Below are positions 56,248-64,000 of a stretch of DNA of 64,000 nucleotides, piece after piece. The position numbers and the translations under genes are program-made. Below the pieces are notes generated by a model that had not been told where the DNA came from, did not search any database, and was given only the letters and a program-made list of their open reading frames with translations. The stretch is taken from assembly GCA_033855775.1 (NCBI GenBank), contig JAWVFT010000047.1, positions 4,263 through 68,262 of the forward strand, given 5' to 3'. Each line of letters starts with the position of its first letter. Position 1 is the first letter of the stretch. The DNA is from Blastocatellia bacterium. GTDB taxonomy: Bacteria; Acidobacteriota; Blastocatellia; Pyrinomonadales; Pyrinomonadaceae.

Positions 56248-57726
56248 GTGTCTTTCTTTGTAGATAACCAATCGCTGATTTCTTCACTGACTAAAACGAT
56301 GAGCGAGCTTTACGCCCCGCTCGATTTCAGCATCAAGAAGGTGTGGCGCGGAAAGACCGCGCCGCCGGATGCGAAGACGGTGCTCGACAATCAACTGATT
56401 GCCACCGCCAAGCGTTTCGTCAATCTACGGCAATGCCCTGAGGAAGAGAAGCAAAGCTACTTCGCTCTGGTCTGTCGTCACTTCGGATTGCCTTGCGCGC
56501 CCGACGCTTTTCCGCTGCCGGACGCGCAACCCTTCAGCCCGAAGATTATGCAGAAGCTGGACCGCACGCCCGTCGTCGTCTCTTATCTTGAGGAGTACGA
56601 TTCAAGACACGGGACGAATCAATCGGCCAGAGCGCGCTCCTTGCTCTTTCAATTCGCCAATCTCGTCATCAAGTCGGACGGCACGGTGACGCCAGTTGAG
56701 GAAGCTGCCCTGCAAACGTTCAAGGAGTCGCTGTATCCTTTGAGCGTGGGCGCGGCTGAGTCGTCAACGAAGGAGGATGACAAACAGCAGAGCAAGGGCG
56801 CGACTGTTGAGACGAAGGCCGAGCCGAAGACGGAAATCATCGAAGAGAAACCGCCGCGCAGTCTCGAAGATTTATTCGCGGAGTTGAATGAACTGGTCGG
56901 GCTTGATGTCGTCAAAGGCGATGTCAAGCAACTCGTCAATTTTCTCAAGGTGCAACAGATGCGGCAGGAGCGCGGGATGGCGCAGCTTCCAGTTTCGCGT
57001 CATCTGGTCTTCAGCGGCAATCCGGGGACGGGCAAGACGACCATCGCGCGCTTGCTCGCGCAGTTTTACAGGACGCTCGACATTTTGAGCAAAGGACATT
57101 TGACGGAAACAGACCGCGCCGGGCTGGTCGCCGGATACGTCGGGCAGACGGCTTTGAAGGTCAAGGAAGCAGTCAGCCGCGCTCTGGGCGGCGTGCTCTT
57201 CATAGATGAAGCCTACGCCCTGACGCCCGCGGGCGGCGGAAATGATTTCGGGCAGGAAGCCGTCGAGACGCTGCTCAAGATGATGGAAGACAATCGCCAC
57301 GACCTCATCGTCGTGGTCGCCGGATACACAGGGAAGATGGAAGAGTTTCTCTCATCCAATCCGGGGCTTCGCTCGCGCTTCAGCAAATTTATACACTTCG
57401 ACGATTACACAGACCAGCAGTTGGTCGCCATCTTCAAGAGCTTCTGCAAGAAGTCGGACTTCAAGCTGACCACCGCCGCCGAAGAAGAATTGTCGAGCCT
57501 CTTCTTCGTTCTTTATCAAGGCCGCGATGAAGCGTTCGGCAACGCGCGGCTGGCGCGCAACCTGTTCGAGACGACTATCAGCAAGCAGGCCAACCGCATC
57601 GTCTCGCTGCCCAACATCAACGAAGAAACGCTGTCCACGCTCGAAAAGGAAGACATCCCGACACCGCAAGACTTGAGAGCAGTCGGCCTCATCGGGCCAA
57701 CGGCCAAGCCTCTTCCTGCTTCATGA
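56248..57726 (+). CDS. AAA+ ATPase of the CbbX/SpoVK type with N-terminal TerB-like domain
   Basis: Walker A GNPGTGKTT, Walker B VLFIDEAYAL, and GYVGQTA typical of CbbX/SpoVK/EccA-type AAA. The N-terminal ~170 aa contain a TerB-like segment (FANLVIKSDGTVTPVEEAALQTF). Start is GTG 56248 or ATG 56299. Confidence 0.8.
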   Translation: MSFFVDNQSLISSLTKTMSELYAPLDFSIKKVWRGKTAPPDAKTVLDNQLIATAKRFVNLRQCPEEEKQSYFALVCRHFGLPCAPDAFPLPDAQPFSPKIMQKLDRTPVVVSYLEEYDSRHGTNQSARARSLLFQFANLVIKSDGTVTPVEEAALQTFKESLYPLSVGAAESSTKEDDKQQSKGATVETKAEPKTEIIEEKPPRSLEDLFAELNELVGLDVVKGDVKQLVNFLKVQQMRQERGMAQLPVSRHLVFSGNPGTGKTTIARLLAQFYRTLDILSKGHLTETDRAGLVAGYVGQTALKVKEAVSRALGGVLFIDEAYALTPAGGGNDFGQEAVETLLKMMEDNRHDLIVVVAGYTGKMEEFLSSNPGLRSRFSKFIHFDDYTDQQLVAIFKSFCKKSDFKLTTAAEEELSSLFFVLYQGRDEAFGNARLARNLFETTISKQANRIVSLPNINEETLSTLEKEDIPTPQDLRAVGLIGPTAKPLPAS

Positions 57727-57771
57727 TTTTCAAGCGCGGCAGGTTTATACTTTCGACCGCAGCAACTTTAT

Positions 57772-59160
57772 TTAGACAAAGGTGAGAGCCGGTTCGGGAG
57801 CCGTGTGTAGAATCTCTTGCAGGACGCCCAAGCCCTTTTCGAGTTGAGCGCGGTCTTGAGTTGAGAGCAGGCAAATCCGCACGGCATGAGGCGCCGCGCC
57901 GCGTCCCGTGACGAAGGCTTCGGCGGGCATGACGCTGACGTTGCGCGCCGCCGCGCGTTCGCTGAAATCCGCGCCGCGCCAGGGCTCAGGCATCTGCAAC
58001 CAGAGATGACAACTCGACGGATGCGAGCCGTGAAGGTAGTCGCTCAAAATTTCGCGGGCCATCGTTTGCCGCGCCTGCGTCTCGCGTCGCTTCCAGTTGA
58101 TGACACGCTCAAGCGTGCCGTCCTCAATCCAGCGCGTGACCATCTCGGCCATCAGCGGCGCCGCTTCCCACATGCTGCTGCTGATGGCCGAAGCCGTGCG
58201 ATTGACGGCTTGAGCGGGCGCGACCATGTAGCCGATGCGAAGCCCCGGCGCGATGCTCTTGGAAGAACTGTTGATGTAGTAACACTGTTCGGGAGCGAAG
58301 GCGGCAATCGGCGGCGGCGCGGCTTCATCAAGAAAGCCGTATACGTCGTCTTCGATGATGGCGATGTCGTGCTCGCGCGCCAGCCTCGCAATCTCTTTGC
58401 GTCGCTTCAAAGGCATGACAGTGGCCGTTGGATTCTGGATGGTCGGAATGCAGTACAAGACTTTGCTTTGACGCGCGCGACAGGCGGCGGCGAAGGCTTC
58501 GGGTTGCAGCCCTTGCTCGTCAACGGGCAAGCCTTGCAGTTGCAGGCGGAGCAGGTTGGCGAGAGCCTTGATGCCGGGATAGCTAACCTCTTCGGTCAAC
58601 ACAGTATCGCCGGGTTCGGTCAAGGTCGAGAGCGCGACGAACATCGCGTGCTGCGCTCCGCTGCACACTAGAATCTGTTCGGGCCGCACGTTGAAGTTGT
58701 CGCGGCTGAGCCACGCGGCCCCGGCGGCGCGGTGGCGCATCGAGCCTTCCGCCGGTTGGTAATAATCCATCAGCGGGTTGAGATTGTTGGCCTTGCTGAT
58801 TGACGAAAGCATCTCGGCAATCAAGGGGTCGCGCTGGTCGCGTATGACGCGATTTTTGCTGAGGTCAATGACGGGCGTTTCCTCGCCTTCGAGGCCGCTC
58901 GCATTGATTGAGTCGCCGTTTGCGCGGACGAATGTGCCGCGCCCGACTTCGCCGTTAATCAAGCCACGGCGTTGCGCCAGCATGTAAGCGCGCGTCACGG
59001 TGCCAATCGCCACGCCGATTTTGTCGGCCAATTCGCGATGCGTCGGCAGCCGCGCTCCCGGCTTTAACTGCCCCGTCTCTATGTCGTCAGCCAATGCTTC
59101 GACGATTGCTTGAGCGAGCGGCTGGCTGCGATTCTTTAATTCAGGCGACCAGATTGTCAT
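57772..59160 (-). CDS. MocR/PdxR-type regulator (GntR HTH + aminotransferase-fold domain)
   Basis: ATG 59160 gives MTIWSPELKNRSQPLAQAIVEALADDIETGQLKPGARLPTHRELADKIGVAIGTVTRAY (GntR wHTH), followed by a class-I aminotransferase-like domain with SSSKSIAPGLRIGY. The longer ORF-track N-terminus is rejected. Confidence 0.88.
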   Translation of the reverse strand: MTIWSPELKNRSQPLAQAIVEALADDIETGQLKPGARLPTHRELADKIGVAIGTVTRAYMLAQRRGLINGEVGRGTFVRANGDSINASGLEGEETPVIDLSKNRVIRDQRDPLIAEMLSSISKANNLNPLMDYYQPAEGSMRHRAAGAAWLSRDNFNVRPEQILVCSGAQHAMFVALSTLTEPGDTVLTEEVSYPGIKALANLLRLQLQGLPVDEQGLQPEAFAAACRARQSKVLYCIPTIQNPTATVMPLKRRKEIARLAREHDIAIIEDDVYGFLDEAAPPPIAAFAPEQCYYINSSSKSIAPGLRIGYMVAPAQAVNRTASAISSSMWEAAPLMAEMVTRWIEDGTLERVINWKRRETQARQTMAREILSDYLHGSHPSSCHLWLQMPEPWRGADFSERAAARNVSVMPAEAFVTGRGAAPHAVRICLLSTQDRAQLEKGLGVLQEILHTAPEPALTFV

Positions 59161-59175
59161 AGTGACAATATAGTA

Positions 59176-59196
59176 ATTGACATTGATTGTGTCAAT
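59176..59196. promoter_or_regulatory. inverted repeat ATTGACA-N7-TGTCAAT in the MocR/EamA divergent spacer
   Basis: Perfect 7-bp arms at 59176-59182 and 59190-59196. Further TGACA-containing half-site-like copies at 59162-59167 (GTGACA) and 59221-59226 (TGTGAC). The local region is AT-rich. Confidence 0.45.
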
Positions 59197-59329
59197 GATT
59201 ATTTTGAACAATGTCTTGAATGTGACGTATGACGATTTCGAGAAGACTTTGAAGACTGGCGCATTTACTATGTCCACAATCGGCCACGAGAGACTTGAAA
59301 ATAAAATTGCAATTACCGGGGCGGACGAG

Positions 59330-60280
59330 ATGCTGCTGCCCGCCGGGGGACGGATTGCGCAGGCGATTCCGTGGCAGCAGAGAGGCATCCTGCGGCGTTT
59401 GAATGTGCCGTTGGTGGTCTGGTTGCTGCTCTGTTTGATTTGGGGTTCGACGTGGCTCTTCATCAAGCTCGGCCTACAGGATTTGCCGCCCTTCACGTTC
59501 GCAGGCATCCGCTTTATCATCGCGGCTTTGATTCTGGCAGTGGTGGTCTTGTGGCGACGACGCCCTTTGCCGCGCGGGCGAAATGAATGGAGCTTGATTG
59601 TCATCACGGGCGTCTTGTCGTTCAGCATCAACTACGGCGTGGTCTTCTGGAGCGAGACGCGAATCTCTTCGGGGCTGGCGGCGATTCTTCAAACCATCAT
59701 TCCGGTCTTCGGTCTGGTCATCGCGCACTACTACTTGCCGGAAGAGCGCATCACCGTGTTGAAGCTCTGCGGCGTGCTGCTTGGCATCGCTGGCGTCGCT
59801 CTCATCTTTTCCAACCAGATGACGCACGAAGGTCCTGCGGCTTTGTGGGGCAGCGTGGCGATTGTTGTCGGCGCGTTCAGCGTGGCCTACGCCAGCGTGT
59901 TGGTGAAGGCGCGTGGAGGCAGGATAGACTCCGCGACGCTCGTGTTGGGGCAGATGATTTGCGGGTTGATTCCGCTCTTGATTATCGGCATCACGACCGA
60001 AGGAAATCCTTTCAAGCTGCGTTGGACCTGGCTAGCTCTCATCTCTCTCTTTTATCTCGCGCTGGTCGGCTCGGTCATAGCTTTTCTGCTCTACTACTGG
60101 CTGGTCAAAAATATCAAAGTGACGAACACGATGTTGATACCGCTGGCGACGCCGATGATTGCCGTCGTGTTGGGGATGATTGTGTTGGGCGAGAGCCTGA
60201 CGTGGCGCATCGCCGTCGGCGGGCTGGTGATGATGTCGGGCATCGGATTGATTGTGACGCGGAGACTGAAACATGGATGA
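59330..60280 (+). CDS. EamA/DMT-family transporter
   Basis: Ten predicted TM helices and two EamA repeats (WGSTWLFIKLGL..., ...LYYWLVKN). Start is ATG 59330 or ATG 59270. The stop overlaps the decarboxylase start. Confidence 0.8.
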   Translation: MLLPAGGRIAQAIPWQQRGILRRLNVPLVVWLLLCLIWGSTWLFIKLGLQDLPPFTFAGIRFIIAALILAVVVLWRRRPLPRGRNEWSLIVITGVLSFSINYGVVFWSETRISSGLAAILQTIIPVFGLVIAHYYLPEERITVLKLCGVLLGIAGVALIFSNQMTHEGPAALWGSVAIVVGAFSVAYASVLVKARGGRIDSATLVLGQMICGLIPLLIIGITTEGNPFKLRWTWLALISLFYLALVGSVIAFLLYYWLVKNIKVTNTMLIPLATPMIAVVLGMIVLGESLTWRIAVGGLVMMSGIGLIVTRRLKHG

Positions 60281-61745
60281 GCGCGAGGCTATGAAAAGGG
60301 AAGAGACGCTTGACCCTGACGATTGGGAAGCGTTGCGCGCTCTTGGTCATCGAATGGTGGACGAGATGCTCGACTATCAACGCACGGTGCGCGAGCGTCC
60401 GGTCTGGCAGCCGATACCGCCGGAAACGAAAGAGCATTTGCGACAGCCTTTGCCGCGCAATCCGGAAGGAATAGAAAAAGCCTACGAAGATTTCCGGCAG
60501 CACGTTTTGCCGCATCCGATGGGCAACATACACCCGCGCTTCTGGGGTTGGGTCATCGGCACAGGCACGTTCTACGGCGCGCTCGCAGAGATGCTGGCGG
60601 CGACGATGAATCCGAACGTCGGCGGCGCAGACCAGGGAGCCGTCTACGTCGAACAACAGGTTCTAGATTGGTGTAAAGAGATGCTCGGCTATTCGATGGA
60701 GGCGAGCGGATTGCTGGTGAGCGGCGGTTCGATGGCGAATCTCGTCGGGCTGACCGTGGCGCGCAACGCGAAGGCTGGCTTTGATGTCGCGCGCGAGGGC
60801 GTGCAGGCTGCGCCGCGAAAGTTGACGATGTACGGCTCGACAGAGATGCACAGTTCGTTGCCGAAGGCCGCGCAACTGCTAGGACTCGGCAGCGAAGGCT
60901 TGCGGCAAATTCCGGTCAACCCGGAGTTTCAGATTGACCTGGCCGCGCTCGCCTCTGCCATCGCCGAAGACCGCGCGCGGGGCTTTCAGCCGTGCTGCGT
61001 CGTGGGCAATGCCGGAACGGTCAACACGGGCGCGATTGATGACCTTGAGAAGCTGGCCGACCTCTGCCGTGACGAAAATTTATGGCTGCACGTTGACGGC
61101 GCGTTCGGCGCGCTGGCCGCGCTCGCGCCTGAGTTGCGGCCAAGGCTCAAAGGCATGGAGCGCGCAGACTCGTTGGCCTTCGACCTGCACAAGTGGATGT
61201 ACATGCCTTTTGAAGCGGGCTGCATTCTGGTGCGCCACGCCGAAGCGCATCACCGCACGTTCAATACCGCTGGCGCGTATCTGTCGCACGCGCAGCGCGG
61301 CCTTTCGGGCGGCGCGATGTGGTTCAGCGAGTACGGCGTGCAACTGTCCAGAAGCTTTCGCGCGTTGAAAATCTGGATGTCGATGAAGGAGCACGGGCTT
61401 GCGAAGTACGGCCGAATCATTCAACAGAACGTAGAGCAGGCGCGCTATCTGGCCGGGCTGGTAGAAGCGCGAACGGAGCTTGAACTTCTCGCGCCCGTGC
61501 CGCTCAACATAGTCTGCTTTCGCTACGTTGACAAACGCTTGAGCGAGGCCGAACTGAACGACTTGAACGCGGAGTTGCTGGCCGAGTTACAGGAACGCGG
61601 CATCGCCGCTCCGTCAAGCACGATGCTCGACGGCAAGTACGCGCTGCGCGTGGCGATTACCAATCATCGCAGCCGCCGCGAGGATTTCGACTTGCTGGTA
61701 AACAAGCTGCTGGAACTGGCCGCAAAGCGACTCAATAATTCATAA
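60273..61745 (+). CDS. group II PLP-dependent amino-acid decarboxylase
   Basis: SGGSMANL, HVDGAFG, and the PLP-lysine motif DLHKWMY. Confidence 0.88.
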   Translation: MDEREAMKREETLDPDDWEALRALGHRMVDEMLDYQRTVRERPVWQPIPPETKEHLRQPLPRNPEGIEKAYEDFRQHVLPHPMGNIHPRFWGWVIGTGTFYGALAEMLAATMNPNVGGADQGAVYVEQQVLDWCKEMLGYSMEASGLLVSGGSMANLVGLTVARNAKAGFDVAREGVQAAPRKLTMYGSTEMHSSLPKAAQLLGLGSEGLRQIPVNPEFQIDLAALASAIAEDRARGFQPCCVVGNAGTVNTGAIDDLEKLADLCRDENLWLHVDGAFGALAALAPELRPRLKGMERADSLAFDLHKWMYMPFEAGCILVRHAEAHHRTFNTAGAYLSHAQRGLSGGAMWFSEYGVQLSRSFRALKIWMSMKEHGLAKYGRIIQQNVEQARYLAGLVEARTELELLAPVPLNIVCFRYVDKRLSEAELNDLNAELLAELQERGIAAPSSTMLDGKYALRVAITNHRSRREDFDLLVNKLLELAAKRLNNS

Positions 61746-61786
61746 CCTAACCGGCGCGCTTCGGCGTTAGCCATGGAGCAGAACTG

Positions 61787-62452
61787 ATGGAAAGATTCGA
61801 GCCGACCGAAAGAACTACTTTGAAGCGATTGCCGAAGCGCGCGGAATATGACCGCGCCGCCGTCTATGAGATTTTAGACGAAGGCTTCATCTGTCATGTG
61901 GGCTTCGCGGTCGAGGGGCAGCCCTTCGTGATTCCGATGGGCTACGGGCGCGTCCGCGACCAACTCTACATACATGGCTCGCAGGCCAGCCGGATGCTGC
62001 GCCAACTGCGCGGCGGCATCAACGTTTGCGTCACCGTCACGCTGGTTGACGGGCTCGTGCTGGCGCGCTCGGCCTTTCATCATTCGATGAACTATCGCTC
62101 GGTCGTCGTCTTCGGGCAGGCGAGAGTCGTTGACGATGCGACGGAGAAGATGGAGGCTCTGCGTTTATTCACGGAGCATGTCGTGCGTGGCCGTTGGGAC
62201 GACGTGCGCTGGCCCAACGAGAGCGAGATGAAGGCGACGCTGGTGTTGGCCGTGCCGCTCTCCGAGGCTTCGGCCAAAGTGCGGACGGGGCCGCCACTGG
62301 ACGACGAGGAAGATTATGAGATGACGGTCTGGGCCGGAGTCGTGCCTTTGAGCACGCGCGCCGGGACGCCAATCAACGACCCGCGCCTGCCGCCGGACAT
62401 CGAGCCGCCCGCTTACGCGACCGACTATCGCAGAACATCGAGCGACGGATGA
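61787..62452 (+). CDS. pyridoxamine-5'-phosphate-oxidase-fold FMN-binding protein
   Basis: Split-barrel pattern (ILDEGFICHVGFAVEGQPFVIPMGY...LYIHGS...RSVVVFGQARVVDD). Confidence 0.75.
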   Translation: MERFEPTERTTLKRLPKRAEYDRAAVYEILDEGFICHVGFAVEGQPFVIPMGYGRVRDQLYIHGSQASRMLRQLRGGINVCVTVTLVDGLVLARSAFHHSMNYRSVVVFGQARVVDDATEKMEALRLFTEHVVRGRWDDVRWPNESEMKATLVLAVPLSEASAKVRTGPPLDDEEDYEMTVWAGVVPLSTRAGTPINDPRLPPDIEPPAYATDYRRTSSDG

Positions 62453-62595
62453 CAGCTAAGCTGTCATTCATCGTCGCTCGTTCGATTCTCAATTTGTGCT
62501 GCTGCCGAAAGCCTGCCTCGTTAGCCTTCCTCTGACTGCTGATGCTAGAATGCGAGGCGAAATTAAATTCCAACAACAGTTTTTCGGAGGCACTC

Positions 62596-63051
62596 ATGCT
62601 TAAAGAAGGCGATGCCGCGCCCGACTTTACGACGCGCGATAGTCAGGGCAATCAAGTTAGTCTGGCGGATTTTCGCGGCCAGAAAGTTGCGCTCTATTTT
62701 TACCCGAAGGACGACACGCCCGGTTGCACGAAACAGGCTTGCTCGTTTCGTGATGCCGATTCGGAATTGGCGGGCAAAGGCATCAAGGTGCTCGGCGTCT
62801 CGCTCGATTCGGAAGAGTCGCACCAGCAGTTCGCCAGCAAGTATCAACTGCCGTTCACGCTCTTGAGCGACACAGACCACAGCGTCTCCGAACTCTACGG
62901 CGTCTATGGCGAGCAGAGCTACGCGGGGCGCAACTACATGGGCCTCGCGCGCAAGACTTTCCTGATTGACGAAGAAGGCAAAATCAAGAAGGTCTTCGAC
63001 AAGGTGAACGTCGAAGCTCATGCCGACGAGGTGATGGCGGCCTTCGCCTGA
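62596..63051 (+). CDS. bcp: thiol peroxidase, Bcp/PrxQ type
   Basis: MLKEGDAAPDFT start. Peroxidatic and resolving cysteines in PKDDTPGCTKQAC. GGAGG lies upstream of ATG 62596. Confidence 0.9.
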   Translation: MLKEGDAAPDFTTRDSQGNQVSLADFRGQKVALYFYPKDDTPGCTKQACSFRDADSELAGKGIKVLGVSLDSEESHQQFASKYQLPFTLLSDTDHSVSELYGVYGEQSYAGRNYMGLARKTFLIDEEGKIKKVFDKVNVEAHADEVMAAFA

Positions 63052-63084
63052 CGCTGCGGTTCAATTCCGACAAGACAATTCATC

Positions 63085-64000
63085 ATGCAAGCCAACGAAG
63101 AACAGCCTGCGCGTCTGCCCGCCGGGACGCTGGCCGCTTCGACGAAAAATCATCAACTGGCTCTACACTGCCGCGCCCTCGTCAAACAATTCGCAGACGT
63201 GACGGCGGTTGACGGCTTAGACCTCGAAGTGCGCGCAGGCGAGTGCTTCGGCTTGTTAGGGCCGAACGGCGCGGGCAAGACGACGACCGTTGAGATTCTG
63301 GAAGGGCTGACGCCAGCCGACGGCGGGACGGTCGAAGTCCTGGGCCAGAGTTGGGGCGCAGGCGACGACCGCGCGCTGCGCAATCGCATCGGCGTCCAGC
63401 TACAGGAGACGCAACTGGCCGAGAAGGTCACGGTAGAGGAGACGGTCAGGCTGTTTCACAGCTTTTACCAGCGCGGGCAGAGCGTTGACGCGATTATCAA
63501 CAGCGTCGAGTTGAACGAGAAACGCAACGCGCGTGTCGGCAAACTTTCGGGCGGGCAGCGACAACGCCTTGCGATTGCCTGCGCGCTGGTCGGCGACCCC
63601 GAACTCCTGTTTCTTGACGAGCCGACGACGGGGCTTGACCCGCAGGCGCGCTTGAAGTTGTGGGACATCATAGAGAAGTTTAAGAGCGGCGGCGGAACGA
63701 TTCTTCTGACGACGCATTACATGGAAGAGGCGACGCGTTTGTGCGACCGCGTGGCGATTATGGATCACGGGCGGATGATTGCGCTCGGCACGCCGCTGGA
63801 ATTAATCGCGTCGTTGGAGGCCGAACAGATTGTCGAGTTCAGCGCGACGAGCGAGTTGGCGGCGGCCGCGCTTGAGCAATTGCCGGGAGTCCGCCGCGTT
63901 CGTCAAAGCGGCAACGGTGAAGCTTATTCTCTGACGGTGACGGACATCAGCCGCGCGCTGCCCGCCCTGCTCGACGAGTTGGAGAGCCAGCGCGTCAAGC
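63085..64000 (+). CDS. ABC transporter ATP-binding protein (ABC-2/DrrA type), 3' end outside window
   Basis: Absent from the ORF track because it has no stop in the window. Walker A GPNGAGKTT, signature LSGGQRQRLAIA, Walker B LLFLDEPTTGLD, H-loop TTHYMEEA. Confidence 0.9.
   Translation, partial: MQANEEQPARLPAGTLAASTKNHQLALHCRALVKQFADVTAVDGLDLEVRAGECFGLLGPNGAGKTTTVEILEGLTPADGGTVEVLGQSWGAGDDRALRNRIGVQLQETQLAEKVTVEETVRLFHSFYQRGQSVDAIINSVELNEKRNARVGKLSGGQRQRLAIACALVGDPELLFLDEPTTGLDPQARLKLWDIIEKFKSGGGTILLTTHYMEEATRLCDRVAIMDHGRMIALGTPLELIASLEAEQIVEFSATSELAAAALEQLPGVRRVRQSGNGEAYSLTVTDISRALPALLDELESQRVK

Noticed and set aside
59161-59631. N-terminal 157-aa extension of the MocR ORF
   Set aside because: The extension crosses the AT-rich divergent promoter and runs antisense through the EamA gene start. 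The GntR wHTH begins right after ATG 59160.

Overview
High-GC (about 60%) chromosomal segment of a Gram-negative bacterium. It is most likely an acidobacterium, judging from an ADOP-type duplicated FtsX permease, a tricorn-like protease, sigma-54 activators and KDO genes. I count roughly 55 protein genes, one tRNA-Gly(CCC) and an unusually long RNase P RNA (rnpB). I saw no rRNA, CRISPR array, transposase, integrase or phage genes. Most content is housekeeping: (a) a polysaccharide-export locus (OMP, Wza-like exporter, giant TPR/DUF11 surface protein); (b) a heme cluster (ccsA/hemX-like, hemA, dedA, hemC, hemD); (c) an acyl-CoA dehydrogenase, a proline dehydrogenase and a transsulfuration pair; (d) a KDO/CTP cluster kdsB-pyrG-(Ser/Thr kinase)-kdsA-(degenerate M1-like protein)-kdsC; (e) an M16 peptidase pair and a UbiD-family decarboxylase; (f) a five-gene minus-strand block (MacB-type ABC ATPase, tricorn-like protease, ADOP permease, sigma-54-type activator, histidine kinase); (g) a MocR-EamA-decarboxylase-PNPOx cluster. 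I did not recognise a canonical defence or mobile system. Five things stand out. (i) A family of long imperfect intergenic palindromes has arms made of tandem ~7-nt words, and some reach into coding 3' ends. (ii) Two textbook sigma-54 promoters sit in front of a 48-aa membrane protein and an 11-mer-repeat lipoprotein. (iii) The activator in the ABC/tricorn/ADOP/two-component block carries GAYTDA instead of GAFTGA. (iv) A Ser/Thr kinase and a catalytically degenerate M1-like protein are embedded among the KDO genes. (v) A decayed, lower-GC kilobase (7.9-8.95 kb) holds a frameshifted gene. All functional calls come from motif recognition by eye; no database search or folding program was run.
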